DNA from: Patescibacteria group bacterium
GTDB lineage: Bacteria; Patescibacteriota; Minisyncoccia; Minisyncoccales; UBA5738
Length of the DNA stretch: 64,000 nucleotides
Assembly: GCA_022710775.1 (NCBI GenBank)
Contig: JAKLGH010000001.1
Location: 201,746 to 265,745, forward strand
Direction: 5' to 3'
A program made the translations under genes and the position numbers. The notes under the pieces were generated by a model that ran no database searches, had not been told where the DNA came from, and saw nothing but the letters and a program-made list of their open reading frames with translations. This document shows, in pieces, positions 63,976 through 64,000 of this stretch; within the stretch, counting starts at the first letter, position 1, and every line of letters begins with the position of its first letter.

Positions 63976-64000
63976 ATATAACGCTGACTTAAACATAATA

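Noticed and set aside
1-64000. Alternative genetic code (UGA recoding, as in some candidate phyla)
   Set aside because: Full-length homologues (helicases, ABC ATPase, recombinase, methylases) are read correctly with the standard code. TGA, TAA and TAG are all seen as genuine stops, for example TGA at 5458.

Overview
Gene-dense bacterial window with about 75 CDS, mostly on the minus strand. It uses the standard genetic code. Transcription units are framed by near-consensus sigma70 promoters (TTGACA-N16/17-TGnTATAAT) and hairpin/U-run terminators. The gene content includes many small secreted proteins and lipoproteins, a PEP-utilising mobile-domain protein, a CxxC-x17-CxxC Lys-rich protein, DUF378 and few biosynthetic genes. 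This suggests a small-genome, possibly CPR/Patescibacteria-like organism (inference only). Recognisable genes: nadB (partial, missing from the ORF track), DEAD-box and PIF1 helicases, TspO, a MacB/FtsX-type ABC pair, Csp, VanY-type peptidase, CoaD, TrmB regulator, uridine-kinase/CYTH fusion, desulfoferrodoxin, Trx-FTR fusion and tRNA-Asn. No rRNA and no CRISPR array. Main points of interest: (1) A 28.2-33.0 kb operon encodes a kinase-fold protein, a vWA protein, a very divergent PurA (adenylosuccinate synthetase) homologue and an orphan protein. (2) A promoter-to-terminator defined orphan ncRNA of about 540 nt lies at 9.9-10.5 kb. (3) An IS200/IS605-type tnpA-only element has a 162-bp non-autonomous derivative 2.5 kb away. 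(4) A 14.5-kb element is integrated into tRNA-Asn, bounded by 18-bp direct repeats, with a large serine recombinase. It carries a LexA-methyltransferase fusion, a Dam-like methylase, a PD-ExK nuclease, iteron-like repeats and an uncharacterised four-gene membrane/HEPN-like operon. (5) An adjacent AT-rich remnant island holds a DUF262-HNH nuclease and an EcoRI-family methylase. All family calls rest on motifs read by eye; no searches were run.
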